A stretch of DNA of 32,000 bases from Flavobacteriaceae bacterium (lineage in GTDB: Bacteria; Bacteroidota; Bacteroidia; Flavobacteriales; Flavobacteriaceae), in contig OZ245049.1 in assembly GCA_965224465.1 (NCBI GenBank), positions 30,001 through 62,000 on the forward strand. The letters run 5' to 3'. A program made the translations under genes and the position numbers. Below are positions 19,158 through 27,371 of the stretch, one piece after another. Positions within the stretch are counted from its first letter, which is position 1, and each line of letters opens with the position of its first letter. The notes beneath the pieces were generated by a model that ran no database searches, was not told the origin of the DNA, and worked only from the letters and a program-made list of their open reading frames with translations.

Positions 19158-20402
19158 TTGAAAAACATCTTATTCATTTCTTTCGATTTCTTAAGAAAAA
19201 GTGACCCCAAAACATCTTTAGCTATTGGTTCTATTTTAGCTTATTTACACTCAAAAAAAGATTACGGTTTAAAATTTAAAGCTTTTCATCATACTGTTGA
19301 CATGTATACTTTAAATGTAAACACGTCCGTAAGTGATATTTTAAATAGTATGCCATATACTGATTATAGTTCTTATCAATATATTGCAATTTCAGCCTAT
19401 GTATGGAGTGAGAAGTATTTGAATGACTTAATGTTTGTATTAAAAAGGGATTATTCTTTTACAGGGGAGTTTGTTTTAGGTGGCTATCAAATATCATATT
19501 CTAACAATCCTGAATTAGAATATCCTTTATGTAATTTATTTATTGATGGTTATGGTGAACAATCTGTTTACGAAATATTAATAGGTAAACACAAATCAGG
19601 TGTTATAAAATCAGTTATTGACTACAATTCTATTCCTTCTCCATACCTGTCTAAAATCATAACCGTAAACCCTTTTCAGGCCAAGGTTAGAATTGAGACA
19701 AAACGAGGTTGTCCTTATAATTGTACTTTTTGTGCTCATAAAGATTTGACAAACAAAAAAGTTTTAGTAAGAGAAGTAAGTATGTGTTTCGATGAATTAT
19801 TACTTTTTAAAAACCTAAAGGTTCAGAAAATAAATATTTTAGACCCTATTTTTAATGCTGGTAACGGATATTTAGAATTTCTTGAGGAAATGGTCCGAAT
19901 AGGTTTGGATTCAGAAATTTCAATTCAAGTTAGGTTTGAAACTATTTTCGGAGACGATGGAGATCGGTTTTTAGATTTATGTGGAAAATTAAATATTCAC
20001 CTTGAGTTTGGTCTTCAAACGGCTTCTAGGGAGGAGAGTATTTTGATTAAGAGAAAGAATCGCCCAGAAAAAATAATTTCAGCGATGAATAAACTGAATT
20101 CTAGAGGCATAAGTTATGAAGTTAGTTTGATATATGGTTTGCCATCTCAAACAGTTGAATCTTTTAAAGATAGCATCAAATTTATACAAAGGAACGGTTG
20201 TGATAATATTACAGCCTTTCCTTTGATGCTATTGAAAGGGACTGAATTATTTCTGGAGAAAGAAAAGTATAATTTTAAAGAAAAGAAAATTAATGATTAT
20301 GATATTCCTGTTGTCGTAAGTAGTACTAGTTTTAATGAAAAAAATTGGCGTGAAATGAAAGAATTGGCTGAACTTTTATCCTATGATATAGTTAGGGTAT
20401 AA
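19158..20402 (+). CDS. Radical SAM protein with N-terminal Rossmann-like (B12-binding-domain-like) region
   Basis: CxxxCxxC cluster motif in ETKRGCPYNCTFCAHKD, and GLQTAS..IYGLPSQT as in HemN/B12-rSAM families. A TTG start (MKNILFISFDF) is proposed because the upstream part of the track ORF (19017-) overlaps the repeat and promoter. No in-frame ATG occurs until about residue 95 of the track ORF. Confidence 0.75.
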   Translation: MKNILFISFDFLRKSDPKTSLAIGSILAYLHSKKDYGLKFKAFHHTVDMYTLNVNTSVSDILNSMPYTDYSSYQYIAISAYVWSEKYLNDLMFVLKRDYSFTGEFVLGGYQISYSNNPELEYPLCNLFIDGYGEQSVYEILIGKHKSGVIKSVIDYNSIPSPYLSKIITVNPFQAKVRIETKRGCPYNCTFCAHKDLTNKKVLVREVSMCFDELLLFKNLKVQKINILDPIFNAGNGYLEFLEEMVRIGLDSEISIQVRFETIFGDDGDRFLDLCGKLNIHLEFGLQTASREESILIKRKNRPEKIISAMNKLNSRGISYEVSLIYGLPSQTVESFKDSIKFIQRNGCDNITAFPLMLLKGTELFLEKEKYNFKEKKINDYDIPVVVSSTSFNEKNWREMKELAELLSYDIVRV

Positions 20403-20495
20403 AGTGAAATTTCTATAATTCAGATTCTTTGAGTAAACAAGTCCAAATTCTCCTAGTATTATTAACTACATCAAAACAATAAAAGGGAGAGGTTA

Positions 20496-20815
20496 CCCTA
20501 TATTTTCTACAACGATTGCCAAACTGTCCCCTAAATAAGCCCGCAATTCCTTTCCTTTATACATCAAAAAAAGCCGAAAACACATTCTAAATAAGCTAGT
20601 AAACCCCTGGGGAATATTACAATCCCCTAAAATATCCCTGTAAAAACTACGAGAATATCTAATGTTGAAACAGCACGTTTAAGGTAAGCACTAGTAGCCT
20701 TGTTGAGGTTTTTAGTAACACGGGTTAACGCTTTAAAACTTTTATATAAAATAATTAAATTAGAAGTATGTAAAAAGGGTGTTTTGTATATTTGAAGGAT
20801 GCTGTATGGAGAGTG
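20496..20815 (+). repeat. Repeat family F3, copy B
   Basis: Same conserved blocks as copy A, in the same order. More divergent between the blocks. Confidence 0.8.
20797..20804 (+). promoter_or_regulatory. Putative -7 promoter box TATATTTG
   Basis: Identical 16-nt block TTTTGTATATTTGAAG, about 70 nt upstream of the ATG at 20874. Confidence 0.5.
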
Positions 20816-20873
20816 GATGGTGTTTTTGAAAAGGGATTAAGATTAGCTAATTAAATAGATTATTATTTACAAA

Positions 20874-21917
20874 ATGACCAATAAAATTGAAATTAATTGT
20901 CCTAAATGTTCAGGGAAAATGAACGTTCCAGAAGGAAAACACATTAAGTTTGTTTGCCCTTCATGTAAAGAAAATCTTGAATTTGATGATCGTTGCGATA
21001 CTGATAAAAAGAGCCCGGAATTCGAAAATAAAGAAGATAAAGGTTCGTTAAGTGATACCTTGATAAATTATACGAGTTGGTTTGTAGTACTTCCAGTTTT
21101 TATAATTGCTCACAAATTACTTCCCAACCCTGATTGGATTTTTAATTTAGATAGATTTCTTATAGGAATATTGATAATAGTAGTATTACGATTTGTATTA
21201 AAAAAGTTTAGAGTACTTGTAATTGGAGCACTTGTAGTTTCTGTGATTTGGGGTGTATACGGAAGTTTTGTTGGTGATTATGGATTTGTTGAGGTGTACC
21301 GAGATTATAAAAAGATGGTTTTTACAATGCTGAAAAACCCACATCCAGAAAGAATTGTACTTGCGACCTTAAAACCATTTCAAAACAAGGCGGCTATTAA
21401 AAAGGCGATAGATTTTGAGAAACCTCTTGTTAGAAATTTTGCGGTTTCTTCCTCTAAAAATTTCACAAAAAACATAAAAAATCATAAGGAATACAGAACA
21501 ATTATTCAATGTTTATCTATATTTAAAGAAATAAAGGGAAAATGGGAGTATGTAAGTGATCCAATAAGTCGCGAATATTTTGCAAAGGCGAGTGAATCAA
21601 TTGATCACTTTTCTGGCGATTGTGATGATTATTCAATCTTAATGGCTGCCTGTATAAAGGCAATTGGTGGAACTACAAGGTTAATACATACGAATGGGCA
21701 CCTATATCCTGAATTATTAATAGGGACAGAAAATGATTTTATGACTATTAATCGTTTGGTGAAAAGGAAGCTCTTTAGCGATGAAAGTAACAATAAAAGA
21801 TTAAAATACCATATAGATCAATATGACCAGGTGTGGCTAAATTTAGATTATACGGCTAATTATCCAGGAGGACCATTTATGTCTGAAAGCATATTGGGAG
21901 TGTTGACTTTAGATTAA
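20874..21917 (+). CDS. Zn-ribbon / transmembrane / transglutaminase-like cysteine protease domain protein
   Basis: N-terminal CPKC..CPSC zinc ribbon and three hydrophobic segments. The C-terminal domain has GDCDDYSILMAACIKAIGG ... GHLYPELL ... WLNLDYT, a Cys-His-Asp arrangement typical of the transglutaminase core. Confidence 0.7.
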   Translation: MTNKIEINCPKCSGKMNVPEGKHIKFVCPSCKENLEFDDRCDTDKKSPEFENKEDKGSLSDTLINYTSWFVVLPVFIIAHKLLPNPDWIFNLDRFLIGILIIVVLRFVLKKFRVLVIGALVVSVIWGVYGSFVGDYGFVEVYRDYKKMVFTMLKNPHPERIVLATLKPFQNKAAIKKAIDFEKPLVRNFAVSSSKNFTKNIKNHKEYRTIIQCLSIFKEIKGKWEYVSDPISREYFAKASESIDHFSGDCDDYSILMAACIKAIGGTTRLIHTNGHLYPELLIGTENDFMTINRLVKRKLFSDESNNKRLKYHIDQYDQVWLNLDYTANYPGGPFMSESILGVLTLD

Positions 21918-21949
21918 AAATCTAAATCTAATTATGTAAGAAAAACAAA

Positions 21950-22003
21950 GGCTATCGTTAAAAACAACCTATTTATATCGATCATTTTGGATTTTAATTG
22001 GGA
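21950..22003 (+). repeat. Repeat family F1, short copy
   Basis: GGCTATCGTTAAAAACAACCTATTTATATCGATCATTTTGGATTTTAATTGG aligns with 24690-24738 and 9318-9392. It abuts F3 copy C. Confidence 0.7.
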
Positions 22004-22013
22004 GTACACCTCT

Positions 22014-22320
22014 AAAAACGCCAAAAAAATAATCCAAAGGAACTAGTAAACAACGGAAAGCTACTATATACTCTTAGATTCTTCACGTAAAACCCACGAT
22101 ACGATCTAGTAGTAAAACACCACGTTTAGGATAAGAATAAACACTCTTGTTGAGGTTCTATAAAACAGTGGCTACTAGTTGAAAACTTTTCTAAAAAAAT
22201 AATTAAAAGGTTAGTGTGCGAAAAAGGATGTCTTTTGTATATTTGAAGCACGCTGTATGCCGTATATGACGGATTTATAAATAAATACACCGCTATTGTA
22301 GCTATTACGGAAATAACGTC
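22014..22320 (+). repeat. Repeat family F3, copy C (lacks the ACAACGATTGCCAAAC left block)
   Basis: ACACCTCTAAAAACGCC.. through CACGTTTAGGATAAGAATAAACACTCTTGTTGAGGTTCT, TTTTGTATATTTGAAG and a leader (GCTGTATG..TATATGACGGA..CTATTGTAGCTATTACGG) that is homologous to copy A. Confidence 0.85.
22238..22245 (+). promoter_or_regulatory. Putative -7 promoter box TATATTTG
   Basis: Identical 16-nt block, about 165 nt upstream of the ATG at 22408. Confidence 0.5.
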
Positions 22321-22407
22321 AAATTTCGGCTTGTTATTGTGGATATAGAGGTGTTGTGTGTCAGCTAAAAAAAAGACCGTGGATAAGCTCAAAGAAGATA
22401 TAATATA

Positions 22408-22974
22408 ATGAACGAATTAACAACCAAATATTTCACGGATAGAAAAGAATGGAGAAAGTGGCTCGAAACTAATTTTGAGACAGAAGATGCTGTTTGGTTG
22501 GAGTATCCAGTTAAGAGGTCTGGTAAAAAACGAATCTTGTATAATGATGCGGTTGAAGAAGCCCTTTGTTTTGGATGGATTGATAGTATTAATAAATCAC
22601 GAAACGAAGATACTACTATTCAAAGATTTTGTAAGAGAAGAAAAAACGCTACATTCTCACAGCCAAATATTGAACGACTGAACTGGCTTTTTGAAAATAA
22701 TTTGATTCATAGCTCAATTAATAATGAAGTTCTACAAATAATTCAACTAAAATTCGTTTTTCCAGAAGATATAATAAAGAAATTGGAGTCAGATAAGCTT
22801 GTTTGGGAAAATTATCAAGCCTTTTCTGAGCCATACAAACGGATTCGAATTGCATATATTGATAGTGCAAGAAAAAGACCTGATGAATTTGACAAACGAT
22901 TGAATAACTTTATTAAAAAGACAAAAAAGAATAACCTGATTAAGGGATTCGGGGGAATTGATAAATACTATTAA
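22408..22974 (+). CDS. YdeI/OmpD-associated family protein
   Basis: 188 aa with WRKWLE..AVWLEY..YNDAVEEALCFGWIDS, characteristic of the YdeI (OmdA) family. Paralog of 24917-25492. Confidence 0.75.
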   Translation: MNELTTKYFTDRKEWRKWLETNFETEDAVWLEYPVKRSGKKRILYNDAVEEALCFGWIDSINKSRNEDTTIQRFCKRRKNATFSQPNIERLNWLFENNLIHSSINNEVLQIIQLKFVFPEDIIKKLESDKLVWENYQAFSEPYKRIRIAYIDSARKRPDEFDKRLNNFIKKTKKNNLIKGFGGIDKYY

Positions 22975-23044
22975 CAATAAGACTACTGTCGGAACTTTGT
23001 TTAGTCACTAAAAAAAGACCGCACACAAACTTAAAAAAAATAAT

Positions 23045-23623
23045 ATGAAGAAGAAAATATATGTGTTTCTATTTGATGGGTATTCTGATTGGGAAATATC
23101 TTATCTAAGTCCAGAGATTACTAAAGATGACCGTTTTGATTTGATTTATTTCTCGGAAACGGGAGATAAAGTAACCTCAATGGGTGGCTTACAAGTGATT
23201 CCAACGACATCACTCAATGAAATAAAAATTGAAGAAGTCGAGATGTTAATTCTTCCAGGAGGAGTAGCTTGGGAGAAGAGAGAGATAACAACGATTAATA
23301 ATTTGGTTTCAGAACTATTTGAAAAGGGGAAAACAATTTCCGCAATTTGTGGGGCAACTTTTTATTTAGGACAGTTGGGGATTTTAGACAACCTGAAACA
23401 CACAAGCAACGATTTGAATTATCTAAAAGCTGTCGTTCCAGAGTATAGTGGACAAGAAAATTACCAAAATAAATTAGCAGTGACCGACAAAAATATTATT
23501 ACAGCTAATGGAATTGCCCCGATTGAATTTGCGACTGAAATTTTTAAGAAAACAGCATTAAAATCTGATGATGAAATTGAAAAATGGTTTCAATTATTCA
23601 AAAATGGTATATGGAGTGAATAA
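23045..23623 (+). CDS. DJ-1/PfpI family (type 1 glutamine amidotransferase-like) protein
   Basis: 192 aa with LILPGG and a nucleophile-elbow-like ISAICGATFYLG. Confidence 0.8.
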   Translation: MKKKIYVFLFDGYSDWEISYLSPEITKDDRFDLIYFSETGDKVTSMGGLQVIPTTSLNEIKIEEVEMLILPGGVAWEKREITTINNLVSELFEKGKTISAICGATFYLGQLGILDNLKHTSNDLNYLKAVVPEYSGQENYQNKLAVTDKNIITANGIAPIEFATEIFKKTALKSDDEIEKWFQLFKNGIWSE

Positions 23624-23834
23624 CAAAGCAGAACACACTCCAATGTATAAAAATAATAGCCGAAACAGTAGTAAATTCAAGGGTTGTAGCCCGCTTCAAT
23701 TTCATCGTGAATTGGAAGATTTGAGTTCCGCAGTCGGCTACTATTTTTATGCCTAGCGTTACCTGCAAGGCGAAGAGAGTACCTGCGATAATTATAGGTC
23801 AACGATAGAAGATTTAAAAAAGAAGATAACTGAA

Positions 23835-24632
23835 ATGAAAGTATTAAAAGATAAAATTGCACTTGTAACAGGCGGAACACGAAATGTCGGAAAAGGAATT
23901 GCTCTGGCACTTGGAGAAGCAGGAGCTACAGTTTATGTAACAGGAAGAAGTATTACTGAAAATGATGTCAAAGGTATTACAAAAGCAGGGGGGAAAGGAA
24001 TTGCTGTTATTTGTAATCACGAAAACGATGCTGAAGTTAAAGCCGTATTTGAACACATCGAGAATATGGAAGGTAAATTGGATATTCTTGTTAATAACGC
24101 TTGGGGAGGATATAATCGACTAAGAAATAGAAAAGAATATTCAGGATTTAAATGGAAAGCTCCTTTTTGGGAACAGCCATTAGATTTATGGAACGAAATG
24201 AATAATGTTGGAGTTCGCTCAAATTACGTATCAAGTTTCTACGCTTCTAAATTGATGCTAAAACAAAAGCAAGGATTAATTGTGAATATCTCTTTTTATG
24301 CCAGTCAGAAATATTATGGAAATGTAATTTATGGCGTTGCAAAAGCAGCAGTTGATAAAATGACAATGGATATGTCAGAAGAATTGAAAAAAAATAAAAT
24401 CACTTGTGTTTCGCTTTATCCAGGATATATCGATGACAAGAAAAGTAAGAATAAACCTAATCCTAAAAAAGAGACATCTATATTTGTTGGAAGAGCAATT
24501 GCAGCACTTTCTTCTGATAAAAATTGTATAAATAAAACAGGACAAATATTAGTAGCGGCTGAACTTGCAAAAGAATATAATTTCACTGATATTGACGGAA
24601 TTCAGCCAGAACCTTTTGATAAATTGGAATAA
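23835..24632 (+). CDS. SDR family oxidoreductase
   Basis: TGGTRNVGKGIALAL cofactor motif, NNAWGG, and YGVAKAA (Yx3K). Confidence 0.85.
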   Translation: MKVLKDKIALVTGGTRNVGKGIALALGEAGATVYVTGRSITENDVKGITKAGGKGIAVICNHENDAEVKAVFEHIENMEGKLDILVNNAWGGYNRLRNRKEYSGFKWKAPFWEQPLDLWNEMNNVGVRSNYVSSFYASKLMLKQKQGLIVNISFYASQKYYGNVIYGVAKAAVDKMTMDMSEELKKNKITCVSLYPGYIDDKKSKNKPNPKKETSIFVGRAIAALSSDKNCINKTGQILVAAELAKEYNFTDIDGIQPEPFDKLE

Positions 24633-24634
24633 TA

Positions 24635-24738
24635 CCCACTACATTTCCGAGTGACTGTTTAGAAATGGAATTGTTTTTTAACAACGCTAGAACGTAAAAC
24701 AACCTATTTATATCGATTATTTTGGGTTTTAGTTGGTA
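24635..24738. mobile_element. MITE-like element (F2 reversed plus F1), shorter copy
   Basis: CCCACTACATTTCCGAGTGACTGTTTAGAAATGGAATTG...AACAACGCTAGAACGTAAAACAACCTATTTATATCG..TTTGGGTTTTAGTTGGTA. It is the reverse-complement arrangement of 17911-18069 and starts 3 nt after the SDR stop. Confidence 0.65.
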
Positions 24739-24916
24739 TAGGCCAGCAAGTATCAAAAGCTAAAATTTAGGGACGTTGATGCTCAAATTGAAAGTTTGTT
24801 CAAATAATAGACACCAGCAAGCCAATTAAATGGGTTTGCTTAAAAATACAAACAAATTAAATCGCTACGCAACTTAGAAAGGCCGTTGTAAGCCATTATA
24901 GAAACCAAATTCACGA

Positions 24917-25492
24917 ATGAAAGAAGCTGAAGAAATTTGTCCAAAAAACAAACAAGAATGGAGAGAATGGCTTGAATTGAGTCATAAAGAAAAGGACGCT
25001 GTCTGGTTGGTTTTTTATAAAAAAAGCTCTCCAAACTTTAACCTTAGCTGGAGTGAATCTGTTGACGAAGCACTTTGTTTTGGTTGGATTGATAGCACAA
25101 AAAAGACAGTTGATAACGAGCGATTCAAACAATATTTCAGCAAAAGAAAGCCAAAAAGTAATTGGTCAAAAGTGAATAAGGACAAAGTAAAAAACTTAAT
25201 CGATCAGAGACTTATGAAAGAAGCTGGTTATAAAAGTATTAAGGTCACAAAAGAAAATGGTTCTTGGGTATTTTTAGACGCAGTTGAAAACCTAGAGATA
25301 CCAAAAGATTTAGAACAAGAACTTAAAAGTCAGAAAGGAGCAATGGAATACTTTGAAAATCTAACTAAATCGTTTAAAAAGTCGCTGTTGTATTGGGTTG
25401 TTTCAGCTAAACGAGATGAAACAAGAAATAAAAGAATTATGGAAATCGTTGAAAACGCAAGTGTACAGATGAAGCCAAAACAATTTAGATAA
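24917..25492 (+). CDS. YdeI/OmpD-associated family protein (second paralog)
   Basis: 191 aa with WREWLE..AVWLVFYKK..SVDEALCFGWIDS. Confidence 0.75.
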   Translation: MKEAEEICPKNKQEWREWLELSHKEKDAVWLVFYKKSSPNFNLSWSESVDEALCFGWIDSTKKTVDNERFKQYFSKRKPKSNWSKVNKDKVKNLIDQRLMKEAGYKSIKVTKENGSWVFLDAVENLEIPKDLEQELKSQKGAMEYFENLTKSFKKSLLYWVVSAKRDETRNKRIMEIVENASVQMKPKQFR

Positions 25493-25551
25493 AAAACGAC
25501 TTACAATACCTAGCGATTAAAATTATGTGGGTCCGTGGGATCTCACTAATT

Positions 25552-26301
25552 CCCGCTGCGCAAAGCCGCTGCGCAAAGTCTCCCGACTTAGCGCCACCAT
25601 ATTACTCACGTTAACAAAGAAAAAGAATAACAAAAAATGAAAGAAGGTTACATTATAAGAGATCAAGAAAAAATATATTTTATTACAGCTACGGTAGTGG
25701 ACTGGGTAGATGTGTTTACAAGGAAATCGTACAAAGATGTAATTATAGAAAGTTTGGAGTTTTGTATTCAAAAAAAGGGAATGATACTTTATGGCTATGT
25801 AATTATGAGCAATCATATTCATTTAATAGTGCAATCAGAAAATGGTAAACTGTCGGATTTATTGAGAGATTTTAAGAAATTTACGGCATCAAGCATTTTA
25901 GAGAAAATACAAAGCGAACCAGAAAGCAGGAGAGAATGGATGCTAGAATGCTTTAAAAAGGCTACTAAAACGCATAATAGAAATAAAAATCATCAATTCT
26001 GGCAATATGGCAACCATGCAGAAGAAATATATTCGGTAAAGTTTATGTGGTCAAAACTGGATTATATTCATTTGAACCCTGTAAAGGCAGGTGTGGTAGA
26101 AAAAACGGAACATTATATATATTCAAGTGCAACAAATTATATAAACAATGAAGGATTACTTCCAGTGACACTTGTGGACAATTCAGTAATTGAAGTATTA
26201 AAAAAAGCATCGATTAAGAAATTGAATCAAGAATAAAAATGAATGTAGGAAAAATAACACATAAAAACAACGCTCAAAGTCGGGAGACTTTGCGCAGCGG
26301 G
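25552..26301 (+). mobile_element. REP-flanked Y1 (IS200/IS605-superfamily, RAYT-like) transposase unit, intact copy
   Basis: CCCGCTGCGCAAAG(CCGCTGCGCAAAG)TCTCCCGACTT at the left and AAGTCGGGAGACTTTGCGCAGCGGG at the right form ~25-bp inverted terminal palindromic sequences around one Y1 transposase ORF. Confidence 0.8.
25637..26236 (+). CDS. Y1 tyrosine transposase (REP-associated tyrosine transposase-like)
   Basis: 199 aa with an HUH motif in MSNHIHLIV and a catalytic-Tyr region YIYSSATNY, plus the LDYIHLNPVKAG segment common in this family. Confidence 0.8.
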   Translation: MKEGYIIRDQEKIYFITATVVDWVDVFTRKSYKDVIIESLEFCIQKKGMILYGYVIMSNHIHLIVQSENGKLSDLLRDFKKFTASSILEKIQSEPESRREWMLECFKKATKTHNRNKNHQFWQYGNHAEEIYSVKFMWSKLDYIHLNPVKAGVVEKTEHYIYSSATNYINNEGLLPVTLVDNSVIEVLKKASIKKLNQE

Positions 26302-26307
26302 TAGTTC

Positions 26308-26365
26308 GCCAAATGTATTACTTTTATGTTTGAAAAAAAGTAAACATAAAAGTAATACATTTGGC
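26308..26365. repeat. Perfect 24-bp stem hairpin (10-nt A-rich loop)
   Basis: GCCAAATGTATTACTTTTATGTTT (26308-26331) is the exact reverse complement of 26342-26365. Duplicated at 30736-30793. Confidence 0.95.
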
Positions 26366-26445
26366 TAATTGATAAATGAAAATCAGTACTTTTAACTTGC
26401 CCTACGATTTTTTATACTGGGCGTTGTATATAACTAAAAAAGACT

Positions 26446-27072
26446 ATGAAAATAAAAATACTTGGAATTACATTGGGTTTAATTGCCTTACTTAGTTGTA
26501 GTGAAAAAGATGAAAATAAAGTAGAATTGCAAGAAGTTCAGAATGAAACACCTCAAGTACTTGACCAAAATACTGATTACAAATTAAGCTCTATTTCCAA
26601 AAGATACAGTTCTGATATTATTTCAAAATTATATAATGAAGCTCTTGAGAAAAGTTCAAAACTCAATCAACTTAATGATGAAATAAATGGCGTTTTAGAA
26701 ACTAAAAATGATAGCGTTTTAAATTACTCGAAATTTTCACAAACAAATACTAATTATTGGACAACAGCAAATAGTTATGTAAATCAGATACAAGATTCTG
26801 TTCTTAAAGAATCAACTCTTGAAGTTATCAAGGTTCTCGAATCAACATACAAGAATAAAATGTCTATTTACGAGCAGAAACTAATAGAAATTGACAAAAA
26901 GACAATTTCATTAAATGACCAATTGATATTAATGAAATTAGTTGTTACTGAGCCAATGATGAAAAATTATCAGCGAAATGAAAAACCTAACATTAAATCT
27001 TTAGAAATGATTATTAGTGAATATGACAGACTTATAAAAGAAACTGAAGAATACACTAATTTTGAAAAATAG
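26446..27072 (+). CDS. Hypothetical coiled-coil lipoprotein (copy 1)
   Basis: 208 aa with the signal/lipobox MKIKILGITLGLIALLSCSE. The near-identical copy at 30873-31499 differs by 2 aa. Confidence 0.7.
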   Translation: MKIKILGITLGLIALLSCSEKDENKVELQEVQNETPQVLDQNTDYKLSSISKRYSSDIISKLYNEALEKSSKLNQLNDEINGVLETKNDSVLNYSKFSQTNTNYWTTANSYVNQIQDSVLKESTLEVIKVLESTYKNKMSIYEQKLIEIDKKTISLNDQLILMKLVVTEPMMKNYQRNEKPNIKSLEMIISEYDRLIKETEEYTNFEK

Positions 27073-27092
27073 CAACGTACAAACAACTAAGT

Positions 27093-27319
27093 TCCGCTGC
27101 GCAAAGTCTCCTGACTTAGCGCCACCATATTGCTCACATTAGCAAAGGAAAACAAATTATATAAACAATGAAGGATTACTTCCAGTGACACTTGTAGACA
27201 ATCCTGTAATTGATTATTAAAAAATCCACGATTAAGAAATTGAATCAAGAATAAAATCGAATGCAGGAAAAATAACACATAAAAACAAAGCTCAAAGTCG
27301 GGAGACTTTGCGCAGCGGG
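27093..27319 (+). mobile_element. Non-autonomous deletion derivative of the RAYT unit (~227 bp)
   Basis: Keeps both terminal palindromes, the subterminal GCGCCACCATATTGCTCACATTA and the last ~110 nt of the transposase gene region. The interior is deleted. Confidence 0.8.
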
Positions 27320-27371
27320 GAAAGAGGCCGAAAAAGTTAAGAAAGTTTCACCAAAAAAAGAAGAAAGTAAA

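Noticed and set aside
18755-22320. F3 modules as invertible (phase-variable) promoters of the Bacteroides type
   Set aside because: I found no inverted repeats flanking the TATATTTG block in any copy. All three copies face their downstream gene.
23655-23746. Long-range pairing AATAGCCGA ... TCGGCTA(CT)ATT enclosing ~70 nt as a possible structured or tRNA-like RNA between the DJ-1 and SDR genes
   Set aside because: There is only one short imperfect stem and no tRNA-like T-arm or anticodon features. There is no second copy to support covariation, so the evidence is too weak to call.
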